The notes below the pieces were generated by a model. The model ran no database searches. It was not told the DNA's origin and saw nothing but the letters and a program-made list of their open reading frames with translations. The position numbers and the translations under genes are program-made. Below, in pieces: positions 48,896-58,920 of a stretch of 64,000 nt of DNA. Source of the stretch: Phycisphaeraceae bacterium (GTDB taxonomy: Bacteria; Planctomycetota; Phycisphaerae; Phycisphaerales; Phycisphaeraceae); contig OY771506.1 of assembly GCA_963674705.1 (NCBI GenBank), forward strand, positions 3,680,001 to 3,744,000. Reading direction: 5' to 3'. How positions within the stretch are numbered: the stretch's first letter is position 1; each line of letters starts with the position of its first letter.

Positions 48896-50659
48896 TTAGT
48901 GTTCAGATGCCGCCAGGTTGAGTTCAGCCCTGAATTCGGTAGGTGTTTCGGCTGTCAGCACCCGGCTGCGCATGGAAGCATCCTGGAATGTCCGTGCAAA
49001 CATGGCCAGCAATTCAATTTGTGCTTCGTGATCGTTTTCAGGCGTCAGTAACAGCCCAATCAGATGCGCGGGGCTGCCGTCCTGCGCGTCGAAGTCGACG
49101 CCGGCCGTGCTCTTGCCGATCACCATGCAAGGCCTGTTGAGGCTCTCAAGCCGGGCGTGTGGCACCGCCAGGCCGTTAGGCAGACCCGTATGCATGATGC
49201 GTTCCCGGTTGATCGCGGCCTGAGAGATCTTGCCCGCCGACAGGCCGGTGATTTCAGCACCGCGTGCAGCCAGTTCCGTGATGGCTTCTTGAGCTGTGTT
49301 GGCCTTGAGGTTGATCAGGATGTTGCGTTCAGATACGACGTCGGCAAGACGCCTCTGCGTCTTCATCTTCAACACAGCCTGCATCGCCGGGCCGGCAAAC
49401 AGGCTGGTCGTTAGCGCCATGATCACGACCGCGACAAGCAATTCTTCACTGATCAAGCCGGCCTGATACGCAAGCTGACCGAGGATGATGCCGACCGCGC
49501 CTTGGCAGGTCATGCCGAAGGCGGTCGCCATGCTTTCCCGCTTGCCCATCCCCGCAAACTTCGCCCCCAGGTAGCAGCCGCCCGACTTGCCGATAAACGC
49601 CACCAGCAACACGATCACGATGGCAACCGGATCGAAGCTGCTGATGAAGTTGATGCGCAGGCCGATACTCGCGAAAAAGATCGGTGCAAAGAAGTTGGTG
49701 ACAAACTGGTGGATCGTCTCGCGCGTGCGTTCACGGAGCCGGGGCGAGTCACCGATCGCGACACCCGCCACGAACGCCCCGAAGATGGAGTGGATCCCCA
49801 GGTGCTCGGTGAATGCCGCACAAACAATGGCGACTACCGATACAAAGCCCAGCACCCCGCCGGGCCAGCTCCATCGTGACTGAATGTAAGGCAATGCCCG
49901 ATGACACAGCCATCGCCCGATCGTCAGCATCAGCGCAAGGAAGATGAGCGTGAGTGAGATCGTCAGGCCGACAGACATCGACGGGCCTGCTGTTGCGTCG
50001 ACGGGCAGCAGAGCCAGCACGACCGCGAAACCGATCCAGCCGACCAGGTCGTTAAGCATGGCCGAGGAGATGATCAGCATGCCCAGGTCGCTCTTGGCTA
50101 GATTCAAATCCATCAGCACCTTGGCGATGACCGGCAGGGCGGTGATAGATAGTGCGATCCCGACAAAGATCGCAAAAGCAAGCGGCGCCTCAATACCCTT
50201 GTCACCCGCCCCGAGTGTCGTGGGCACCATGTAGGCCAGCGCAAAACCCAGGAGGAACGGGACAGCCACGCCCAGCATGCTGACGAAAGCGGTCGCTTTT
50301 CCCTGCCTTCTCACCGTCGACAGGTCGACCTCCAACCCGACGACAAGCAATAGCAGGATCGCCGATATTTCCACGATCCCGTCAAATGCGATGCGTGTGG
50401 GATTATCCGCCGCGGCCGGGAATAACCAGTCGTAAAAGTGGAAACCTATTGTGGGTTCCAGCACCGGGCTGAGCATACCCAGCACCGTTGGGCCCAGAAC
50501 AACCCCCGCAAGGATTTCCCCCAGCACCATCGGCTGCTTCAACATCCTGGCATATTCACCCAGCAGACGTGCCAGCCCTAGCAGGACGGCCAATGACAGA
50601 AGCAGCACGACCGGGTTACTGCTTTTCGCGACCCCCGCAGCTAATGTAGACATCATCAA
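48896..50659 (-). CDS. CPA2 cation/H+ antiporter fused to PTS EIIA
   Basis: GEILAGVVLGPT, SITALPVIAK, ND.VGW; RE....TG...LAVPHAR. Confidence 0.92.
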   Translation of the reverse strand: MMMSTLAAGVAKSSNPVVLLLSLAVLLGLARLLGEYARMLKQPMVLGEILAGVVLGPTVLGMLSPVLEPTIGFHFYDWLFPAAADNPTRIAFDGIVEISAILLLLVVGLEVDLSTVRRQGKATAFVSMLGVAVPFLLGFALAYMVPTTLGAGDKGIEAPLAFAIFVGIALSITALPVIAKVLMDLNLAKSDLGMLIISSAMLNDLVGWIGFAVVLALLPVDATAGPSMSVGLTISLTLIFLALMLTIGRWLCHRALPYIQSRWSWPGGVLGFVSVVAIVCAAFTEHLGIHSIFGAFVAGVAIGDSPRLRERTRETIHQFVTNFFAPIFFASIGLRINFISSFDPVAIVIVLLVAFIGKSGGCYLGAKFAGMGKRESMATAFGMTCQGAVGIILGQLAYQAGLISEELLVAVVIMALTTSLFAGPAMQAVLKMKTQRRLADVVSERNILINLKANTAQEAITELAARGAEITGLSAGKISQAAINRERIMHTGLPNGLAVPHARLESLNRPCMVIGKSTAGVDFDAQDGSPAHLIGLLLTPENDHEAQIELLAMFARTFQDASMRSRVLTAETPTEFRAELNLAASEH

Positions 50660-50669
50660 AATAGTTTAC

Positions 50670-52409
50670 TCAACTGTGTTCGGACCTGGCTGATGTCGCT
50701 AAAGCAGCCTTGAATTCTGTCAGGTTAGCAGCAGCCAGGCAATCACGTCTACTTTGCTCCGTATGGAACGCCTCGGCCACCGCGGCAAGCATCTCCAGTT
50801 GCGATTCGGGCATCGACTCAGGCGATAGAATCATGCAGATTATCTCCGCCAGCGTGCCGTCTGGCGAATCGAAGTCGATACCGCTATTAGATTGGCCGAT
50901 GACCACAACCGGTTGCTTGAGGTTGGCAAGCCTTGCGTGCGGCACCGCCAGCGCGTTAGGCAAGCCGGTGGATTCCATTTGCTCTCGCTGCCAGACCGCC
51001 TCACCGATCTGTGAGTGGTGGATCCCCGTGATCTTAGCGGCCGTCAGGGCGAGTTGCTCGATCGCCTGCTTGCGGTCGTTACCCTGAATCTGTCCGGCAA
51101 ATGACTTGTCGGGCAAGTAGTCGTTGAGCCGACGTTTCTGGCGCCTGCCCAATACACCCTGCATCGCGGGCCCGGCAAGCATACTCGTGCCGATAGCCAT
51201 GATCACGATCGCCACAAACAGCTTCTGTGATATAAGCCCGTGAGACATGGCAAGCTGCCCCAGGATGATTTCCATCGCACCGCGTGCGGACATCCCGAAC
51301 CCGATCGCCCACGATTCCCGTTTGCTCAGTTTCGCCCAGACCGCGCCGAAGTAGCAGCCGATCACCTTGCCGAGGATCGCCACCACCATCACCAAGACGA
51401 CCGCCAGCAGATCGAAGTGCTCCAGGAAGTTGACACGCAATCCGATGCCCGCGAAGAAGATCGGCGCGAATATGTTCGTGATGAACTGCGAGATTGTTTC
51501 GCGCGTCTTTTCCTTCAGGTGTTTGCTGTCGCCGATTGCAACACCGACGATAAACGCGCCGAAGATCGAATGGATACCGATCGCTTCGGTGATCGCAGCA
51601 CATAACAGCGACATCACCATCACAAACGACAACACCCCGCCCGGCCAGGTGCTATGCGCCTGAATAAACGGCAGCGTCTTATGCACCAGCCACCTGCCAA
51701 GCGTGAGCATCACGCTGACGAATAACAGTGTCAACCCGATCGTGACAAGCAGGTCACTCGTCCCGCCTGTTGCTTCGCCGCTGCTGATCAGCGCCAAAAC
51801 GATCGCAAAACCGATCCAGCCCACCAGGTCGTTGACCATGGCAGACGACAGGATCAGCATCCCCATGTCCGATCGGAACATGTTCAGGTCCATCAGGATC
51901 TTGGCGATGACCGGCAGGGCGGTGATCGACATCGCGATCCCGACGAACAACGCGAACGGCATCAGCATGTCCGACTCGCCGCCGAAACCGATCACGTTCG
52001 GCAGCCCGTACGCCAGCCCAAAGCCCAGTGCGAACGGGATCACCATCCCAGTTGTGCTGACCAGTAGTGCGGCCTTGCCTTGCTTCCAGACCACCGACAG
52101 ATCCACCTCAAGACCGGCAACCAGCAACAGCAATATGGCCGAAACCGTCACGAAACTGTCCAGTGCGATCCGCCCCTCCTCGTAGCCCGAGGCGGGGAAC
52201 AGCCATTCCATACCGACCGGGCTGATATACCCCAGCACGGTCGGGCCCAGCAGCACACCGGCCAGGATCTCGCCCAAGACCATCGGCTGATTAAATCGTC
52301 TGGCCAATTCCCCCAATACACGGGCAAGCCCCAGCAGCACGGCCAAGGCTATCATCAGCCGGGTAATGTCCGAGGGATCGAGCGTAGCGGCAGCTAACAT
52401 GTGCATCAT
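50670..52409 (-). CDS. CPA2 cation/H+ antiporter fused to PTS EIIA (tandem paralog)
   Basis: Same motifs; M.ARGAME; REQMESTG...LAVPHAR. Confidence 0.92.
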   Translation of the reverse strand: MMHMLAAATLDPSDITRLMIALAVLLGLARVLGELARRFNQPMVLGEILAGVLLGPTVLGYISPVGMEWLFPASGYEEGRIALDSFVTVSAILLLLVAGLEVDLSVVWKQGKAALLVSTTGMVIPFALGFGLAYGLPNVIGFGGESDMLMPFALFVGIAMSITALPVIAKILMDLNMFRSDMGMLILSSAMVNDLVGWIGFAIVLALISSGEATGGTSDLLVTIGLTLLFVSVMLTLGRWLVHKTLPFIQAHSTWPGGVLSFVMVMSLLCAAITEAIGIHSIFGAFIVGVAIGDSKHLKEKTRETISQFITNIFAPIFFAGIGLRVNFLEHFDLLAVVLVMVVAILGKVIGCYFGAVWAKLSKRESWAIGFGMSARGAMEIILGQLAMSHGLISQKLFVAIVIMAIGTSMLAGPAMQGVLGRRQKRRLNDYLPDKSFAGQIQGNDRKQAIEQLALTAAKITGIHHSQIGEAVWQREQMESTGLPNALAVPHARLANLKQPVVVIGQSNSGIDFDSPDGTLAEIICMILSPESMPESQLEMLAAVAEAFHTEQSRRDCLAAANLTEFKAALATSARSEHS

Positions 52410-52590
52410 GAGGGATTACCGTGAAGAGAGTGGCTAACATTCAATAAAATGCGTGTGACAAGATAGCGAATTCAGGAAGACTTGGCGCACTTTAAATAAG
52501 GCCTGATCGAGATATTGCTATGAATGGCGTTCATATGATTCGTTATCCTTTTCCGCAGGTTATGTTCCTGTCGTGTGTTAGAATATAGGC

Positions 52591-53169
52591 ATGGTGGACA
52601 GACCAGACCAACAACAGACAGATATGTCGGCAGGTACACGCTGCGTCGTGCTGCTGGGCAACGGTGGGGCTGCGCCGGCAGACCTGCTCAGTGGTCTGTC
52701 CAAACGCGGTGTGAGTGTGACCGTTGTAACCGGCCCAGCCGCGGCGATGGTTGAACTGGCTCGCGAAACGGCAGGAGCGTTGATCGTCGTTGAACCGCAG
52801 CGCCAAACCTGGCTTCATGAACTCATCGAAGCCCTCAAGCACTATCACCCACGAACCGTCAGGTGGGGATACTGTAAGTCGGGCCCATCCTGTATCGCGC
52901 AACTGCAGCCACTTGAACCACGATCCAACAACCATCACTCAAGCAAAGACCAACGCTCCAATGCCAACGGCAAAGACAAGCCCCGGTACATCGTGCCGGA
53001 CCCTAAGTCACCGTTAGGCCGGGCTCAATCACAAATCCCGCGAGAGCGCGTCCGTTCGCTGGTCGTGAAAGTGCAGAACTCATCCGAAGTCGACGAGCCA
53101 TTGATCAGTGAGGAAGAACTGGCCATGCTGCTCGGGCCGGGCCCGGACGAAACGGGGGAAACTGCATGA
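52591..53169 (+). CDS. Hypothetical protein, possibly degenerate receiver-like fold with low-complexity tail
   Basis: Alpha/beta N-part; ends ISEEELAMLLG; overlaps the GGDEF gene start. Confidence 0.55.
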   Translation: MVDRPDQQQTDMSAGTRCVVLLGNGGAAPADLLSGLSKRGVSVTVVTGPAAAMVELARETAGALIVVEPQRQTWLHELIEALKHYHPRTVRWGYCKSGPSCIAQLQPLEPRSNNHHSSKDQRSNANGKDKPRYIVPDPKSPLGRAQSQIPRERVRSLVVKVQNSSEVDEPLISEEELAMLLGPGPDETGETA

Positions 53170-54494
53170 GCGCTTCACCCGGCTTCAACTCCGATCTGTC
53201 AGCTAACACGCACAGCGACCCGATCGCTTCCAAGCATGCGATCGTTATCAGCCATGATGTTTATCAGGACCGTTTGGCCGACTTGATCGAAACATTAGGC
53301 ATGGCATGCACGGTGGTCCCGTCGTACCTGTCTGCATTGGGTGAGCTATCCAAGCATCCCGCTAAATTCGTGATAGGCCCGGCAAACGCTTGGCAAGGTT
53401 CGTTGCATGCCATTGTTGACGGCGCGCATACGATCTGTCGCGGTGTAAAACTGTTAGCGATCGCTGATGCTAGCGACGATGAGTATGTCCGTGAAGCGAT
53501 GGCCGCCGGTTTCGACGCGGTACTGAATCCACCGTTCGAGCTTGAAGCACTTCAACTTTTACTGCTGGATCCAAGTGAACAAGCCAACGAAACACAACCG
53601 GTGACCGAGTCGCACACGCGTACCGAGCAAACTGTCCAGAGTGAGGACGAAGTCCCCGGCGATGTGGACCTGATCGATGCAATCCTCTCACCCGAAAAGG
53701 ATATGAAGGATGTGGCGATCCACATGATCGAGGCGATTTCGGGGCTGCGTGGCGTAGGCGTCCGTCCTGCCGATGGCCAGCCCCCGGAGGGCGACGCCTG
53801 TGTCGATGTGTTGTATCGGGGTAAGTCACTGGGCAGGTTGCACGCCGCGCCGCCCGCGACAGAAGACCAACTCTACGCCTGGGCCGATTGGCTCGCACGC
53901 TGGCTGGCGATGGATAATCAGTTCACGGAATTATCCACGATGGCGCTTAAGGATGAACTGACCGGCGTCTGGAACCGCCGATACTTCAACCGCTTCCTCG
54001 AACGCATCATTCAGCGCGCTGCGGTCGACCGATCTCACATCACGCTGCTGGTTTTCGATATCGACGACTTCAAGCTCTACAACGATAAGTACGGCCACGG
54101 CACGGGCGACGATGTTCTTCGCGAAGCCGCCAGGTTGATGCAATCCGTCGTCCGTGAGCACGATGTCGTGGCTCGCATCGGCGGCGATGAATTTGCAGTC
54201 ATCTTCTGGGATAACGAGAAACCGCGCAAGCCAAACAGCGAGCACCCGCAGGACGTCGTCACCGCCGCCCGTCGATTTCAGGAAGCGATCTGTGCCCACC
54301 GATTCCCCAAGCTGCTGGATAAAGCAGTGGGGCGGCTGACCGTTTCAGGTGGGTTGGCAAGCTTCCCATGGGACGGCCGGACGCCCAAGGAACTGCTCGC
54401 CCGTGCCGACGCCATGGCCCTGCAATCCAAGCGTCAGGGCAAGAACGCAATCACCTTCGGGACCGGGGCCAAGCGGCAGGCATCAAGCCAATAA
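53166..54494 (+). CDS. Diguanylate cyclase with degenerate N-terminal receiver-like domain
   Basis: DELTGVWNRR, DIDDFK.YND.YGH, REHD I-site, RIGGDEF. Confidence 0.93.
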   Translation: MSASPGFNSDLSANTHSDPIASKHAIVISHDVYQDRLADLIETLGMACTVVPSYLSALGELSKHPAKFVIGPANAWQGSLHAIVDGAHTICRGVKLLAIADASDDEYVREAMAAGFDAVLNPPFELEALQLLLLDPSEQANETQPVTESHTRTEQTVQSEDEVPGDVDLIDAILSPEKDMKDVAIHMIEAISGLRGVGVRPADGQPPEGDACVDVLYRGKSLGRLHAAPPATEDQLYAWADWLARWLAMDNQFTELSTMALKDELTGVWNRRYFNRFLERIIQRAAVDRSHITLLVFDIDDFKLYNDKYGHGTGDDVLREAARLMQSVVREHDVVARIGGDEFAVIFWDNEKPRKPNSEHPQDVVTAARRFQEAICAHRFPKLLDKAVGRLTVSGGLASFPWDGRTPKELLARADAMALQSKRQGKNAITFGTGAKRQASSQ

Positions 54495-54610
54495 CGCGCA
54501 TATACTCCCACGCAGCCGGTTGTTATTCCCATATCCGATAAGTGTGGGGTTTTGAATGACTCGGATGATTCCTATTGTTATTCAAATGGCCTTGAGGTAG
54601 ACTCTTTGCT

Positions 54611-55339
54611 GTGGGTAATCAACAAAACTTCATCAGCCCAATCATCTTTTGTGTGATGACGATCGCAGCATGCTCACATGCTCATGCGCTTATCATTCCC
54701 GCACAATCGCGCGATGTGCCTGCAGGCAAAACCAATGTGCCCGTTCCCGAAGTGGAATGGATCTACAGCCCGAACTTCGATCTGCGCAGCTATACAACAG
54801 TGGATGTCGACGCAATCGTCATACATACCACCGAAGTCAATTACCAAGGCACATTGAACATATTTGAGAATCCTGAATCTGCCGTCAGCGCACATTTTGT
54901 CATCGCGCCTGATGGTCATATCGTGCAGATGGTGGATACCGCTTATAAAGCCTGGCACGCCACCTACTACAACAGCAGATCAGTCGGCATCGAAATGGTT
55001 GGCTATTCCTACAGCCAATCCACCTGGAACGAAAACAATCTCAATGCGCTCATGGACCTGCTCGCCTGGATAGCGACGTCCTATGACATCCCGATCGAAC
55101 ACCCTCTAGGCGATGCTTACGACTATCCCGGCGACACGTATGATGCTCCGGGCCTGGTTGCACACGGGCAGGTCCAGCCATGGAACCGTTCAGACCCCGG
55201 CCCGTACTTCCCTTGGCAAGAGGTACTGACGGGCACGCAACAGCGCATCGATGCCGCGGCGCCCGAGCCGGCAACTCTTACCCTATTGGTATCCGCCATT
55301 GGATTATGTCTTGGTTCCAGGCGTTCGCGAGGAGTGTGA
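54611..55339 (+). CDS. N-acetylmuramoyl-L-alanine amidase (Amidase_2/AmpD-like) with PEP-CTERM
   Basis: IVIHTT, SAHF, AWHA, N..SVGIE, H......DPG; APEPAT-TM-RRSR. Confidence 0.88.
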   Translation: MGNQQNFISPIIFCVMTIAACSHAHALIIPAQSRDVPAGKTNVPVPEVEWIYSPNFDLRSYTTVDVDAIVIHTTEVNYQGTLNIFENPESAVSAHFVIAPDGHIVQMVDTAYKAWHATYYNSRSVGIEMVGYSYSQSTWNENNLNALMDLLAWIATSYDIPIEHPLGDAYDYPGDTYDAPGLVAHGQVQPWNRSDPGPYFPWQEVLTGTQQRIDAAAPEPATLTLLVSAIGLCLGSRRSRGV

Positions 55340-55582
55340 TAGATTTTCGGCAGTCCTTGTTTAGCGGTGTCGGACTTTTTAATCCAGGCTCCCGCTGACT
55401 GGGCTGGCAGAAGAACACTTCGACTCCGTTAACCGCATCAGTGCCAACTTAGCGGTTGTGACGTAAATGCGATACAATTTCCCTTTCGCTGAATGGAGCG
55501 GCTTGTTTAAGCTGATATCCCGTTGCGCGAAAAGCCCTATGACTTAAAGCCATAAGAAAATACCAACCGAAGGGTTATAGAA

Positions 55583-57553
55583 ATGTCTTTTGATTCCACA
55601 ATCCATACCAAGGCCGTCGAACTGACGCGCCTGGCATATGAAATGACCGCCGCCGCCGGGTCGGGCCACCCGACCAGTTGTGCGAGCCTGGCGCATATCG
55701 TTTCCGTCCTGATGTGTCAGCACATGCGCTATGAGCCGGTCAATCCCGGCCATCCCAGCAGCGATCGCCTGGTGCTATCCGAAGGGCACGCCGTCCCGAT
55801 CGTCTACGCCGCCTGCGTTGATCAGGGGGTACACATCGGCAAGGATAAATCCGAACTGCGAGCGATGACCCGGGACGATGCGATGACGCTGCGCGCGATC
55901 GATTCTGTCGTCGATGGTCATCCCAATCCCGCGGAAGGCTTCCCCTTCTTCGATACCGCGACCGGCTCGCTGGGCCAAGGCCTGTCACACGCCGCAGGCA
56001 TCGCCGCCGCTGCGCGGATCGACGGCCTGGACAAACGAGTCTTCTGCATCATCGGGGACGGTGAAGCAAGAGAAGGCCAGGTCTGGGAAGCCGTCGACTT
56101 CATCATCGAACAAGACCTCAAAGCAGTCTGCCCGATCTTCAACTGCAACGTCTTCGGTCAGTCCGACGAAGTCAGTGACCAGCAATCTCCCGCAACGATC
56201 GCCCGTAAGTTGGAAGCCTACGGCTATGAAGTCCTGACCATTGATGGGCATGTACCATCGCAGATCCAGAGCGCGCTGTCCCGCCATGTAGAAGTACAGT
56301 CCGATGCCGATGCGGCACCGGTTGCGATCGTCGCCAGGACGCAAAAAGGATGGGGTTCGCCTTCGCAACAGGGCGACGGCCATCACGGCAAACCCGCCAC
56401 TGGCGCTGAACTGGCCAAGGCGATCGAAGAATTGCAGGCGACCGGCCGATCACTCGGCGCGATCGCGGACACGCCCTTGAAGATCGGCATGATGTCGCCC
56501 AAGAAACCAGAGCCGGTGCATCCGCAAAAGGTCGTGCGCTTCAACGAAGCCTTGGCGCAGTATGGTTTAAATGATGCACTCGAAAAAGGCCGCTTTGCCA
56601 CGCGACGAGCCTATGGCGTCGCACTGCGGGCGCTTGGTCATGCTCATCAGGGTGTCGTCGCGCTCGATGCTGATGTCAGCAATTCGACTTACTCTGAAAT
56701 GTTCATGAAGGATGAAAAGCTGGCAAACAGGTACATCGAATGCCGGATCGCTGAGCAGAATATGTTCTCCGTGGCTGCGGGTATGAGCGCCGCGGGCAAG
56801 GTGCCGTACTGCTCGACTTTCGCCAAGTTCGTGGAACGTGGATACGACCAGATCGAAATGGCCGTCAACAGTGGGGCGAACTTCAAGGTCGTCGGGTCAC
56901 ACGCCGGCATCAGCCTCGCCGCCGACGGTCCGAGCCAGATGTCTTTGCCTGATATCGCCTGGTTCCGCGCATTTACGACAATGAAACGCCAGAACGGCAA
57001 GCCCGGTTTCTACATCCTGCAACCCAGCGACGCCTACCAGGCCTACGCCCTTACGATTGCCATGGCGGAATATGACGGCCCGTGCTATATGCGTACGCTC
57101 CGTCCCGATACCGAATTCCTCTACGGCGAAAACGATAACTTCACACTCGGTGGCCACGAAGTACTGACCGAAGGCCGCGACCTGCTCATCATCGCTTCCG
57201 GCTACATGGTGCACGAAGCCAACAAGGCGCTCGATGATCTGGATGCGCAAGGTATCGATGCCACTCTCGTCGACCTCTATTCGCTGCCATTCGATGGCGA
57301 AGCGATCCTCGATCTTGCCAACGACAACAACGGCATGGTCTTGACGCTGGAAGACAACTACGGCGGCGGGATCGGGTCTGCTGTGGCAGACGTCGCAGCG
57401 GAAGACGGCGGCGGCTTCACCGTTCAGCAGATGTATGTCCGCCGACTGCCCAAGTCAGGCCGAACCGCGGACGATGTGATGGCCTACTGCGGCCTGAGCG
57501 CAAGCGACATCGTTGCCAAAGCAATGTCAATGCTCGAACTGTCCGAAGCATAA
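55583..57553 (+). CDS. tkt: Transketolase
   Basis: SGHPTS, LSEGHA, ATGSLGQG, GDGE..EG, IAEQNM, DGPSQM. Confidence 0.95.
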   Translation: MSFDSTIHTKAVELTRLAYEMTAAAGSGHPTSCASLAHIVSVLMCQHMRYEPVNPGHPSSDRLVLSEGHAVPIVYAACVDQGVHIGKDKSELRAMTRDDAMTLRAIDSVVDGHPNPAEGFPFFDTATGSLGQGLSHAAGIAAAARIDGLDKRVFCIIGDGEAREGQVWEAVDFIIEQDLKAVCPIFNCNVFGQSDEVSDQQSPATIARKLEAYGYEVLTIDGHVPSQIQSALSRHVEVQSDADAAPVAIVARTQKGWGSPSQQGDGHHGKPATGAELAKAIEELQATGRSLGAIADTPLKIGMMSPKKPEPVHPQKVVRFNEALAQYGLNDALEKGRFATRRAYGVALRALGHAHQGVVALDADVSNSTYSEMFMKDEKLANRYIECRIAEQNMFSVAAGMSAAGKVPYCSTFAKFVERGYDQIEMAVNSGANFKVVGSHAGISLAADGPSQMSLPDIAWFRAFTTMKRQNGKPGFYILQPSDAYQAYALTIAMAEYDGPCYMRTLRPDTEFLYGENDNFTLGGHEVLTEGRDLLIIASGYMVHEANKALDDLDAQGIDATLVDLYSLPFDGEAILDLANDNNGMVLTLEDNYGGGIGSAVADVAAEDGGGFTVQQMYVRRLPKSGRTADDVMAYCGLSASDIVAKAMSMLELSEA

Positions 57554-57583
57554 TTGATTTCTAGTTTGAAGTGGTATGAAGCG

Positions 57584-58909
57584 TCAGGCTGCCAGTCGCG
57601 ATGGTGTCGGATGCGCCGGCATGGCGGTGGCAGCCTTGCTGCTGCGTCCAAGCACTTCGTCATACACGGACATGACAGCATCCATGCGCTTCTTGAAACT
57701 GAACGAATCGTGTACCCGCTTCTGAGAGCGGAGTACATATTCGCTGTGTATCTGCGGTTTGGATATCAGCGGGCTGATCTGCTGCGGCCATCGGCTGACA
57801 TCGTCATCCAGGATGATGCCGCAACGCCCGTTATCCAATAGATCGCTGACGCCACCAACGTTCGTCGCCGCAACCGGCACGCCCATCGCCATCGCTTCCA
57901 GCACAACGTTTGGTAATCCCTCAGTCCTGCTGGGTAGAACCAACGCGTCAAGCGCTTCATAGATCTCACGCGCATCCGATTGCCAACCCCACCAGTGGAT
58001 CGCATCCGTCACACCCTGCGATATCGCTTGAGCTTCAAGCTTCTTCCGCTCCGGGCCGTCACCGATCAGATGCAGCTCAGCCAGCGGATGATCCTGGAGC
58101 AACGCGGGCATCATCTGGATCGCGCGATCCACCGCTTTTTCCCGGCTGAATCGACCAATCACACCGATCGCAAAACGATCCGTCGACATACCCATACGAA
58201 CCTTGGCTTCTGCCGCGCTGTGTGATCTGGCGTACTCGTTGGTATCGATCGCATTCGGTATGTATTGCAAGCGTTCTGGATTCACGCCGTGCTCGGCACA
58301 ATGCATGATTAACTTCGGGCTGACTGTGATAACGCGGTCATACCCCAGCATCGCCAGGTTATCGATGTGGTAATACAAGCGTGTCCGCCAGGTTTCTCGT
58401 GTAAATCCGTGTGCGGTCGTCACCAGTTTCATCGGATGATAGCGCTTCAGCAGCAGGCCGATCAGGTTTGATTTGTAATCATGCCCGTGCCAGATATCGA
58501 CATCCAACTCGCGACAGAGTTCGAGCAGGGCGCGTAAGCTGTGATGATCCAGTGCGTGTGTCTCTGCCACTTCATACAGGGGGCACTTAAAATGTTGAGC
58601 GCTTTGCCGGATGATGCACATCCCCGGGTCACCTTCCGGATAGATGTACGCAGCAGACATCTTGTACCGCGACGGATCGGCATAACGCGGGCTGCGCAGG
58701 ATGGTTTTTTCAGGCCCGCCGCCACAACCCGCCACCACACGCACATGCAGCACATTCGCCGCTTTCGGTTTACGCGATAGTTTCTTTGGCAATACGACCG
58801 CAGATGTTGCCGGTTTCTTCTTAGGCAAAGGACGATCAACCTGACTCGACCCGTCGGGGAAGAGGTCGGCTGCCGTAAGCTTCAGGTTCTTAACTTTGAA
58901 GTCCCACAT
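57584..58909 (-). CDS. GT4 glycosyltransferase
   Basis: GGPEKTI, H.HDYK, PSRTEGLPNVVLEAMA. Confidence 0.92.
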   Translation of the reverse strand: MWDFKVKNLKLTAADLFPDGSSQVDRPLPKKKPATSAVVLPKKLSRKPKAANVLHVRVVAGCGGGPEKTILRSPRYADPSRYKMSAAYIYPEGDPGMCIIRQSAQHFKCPLYEVAETHALDHHSLRALLELCRELDVDIWHGHDYKSNLIGLLLKRYHPMKLVTTAHGFTRETWRTRLYYHIDNLAMLGYDRVITVSPKLIMHCAEHGVNPERLQYIPNAIDTNEYARSHSAAEAKVRMGMSTDRFAIGVIGRFSREKAVDRAIQMMPALLQDHPLAELHLIGDGPERKKLEAQAISQGVTDAIHWWGWQSDAREIYEALDALVLPSRTEGLPNVVLEAMAMGVPVAATNVGGVSDLLDNGRCGIILDDDVSRWPQQISPLISKPQIHSEYVLRSQKRVHDSFSFKKRMDAVMSVYDEVLGRSSKAATAMPAHPTPSRLAA

Positions 58910-58920
58910 CTACATGTGCC

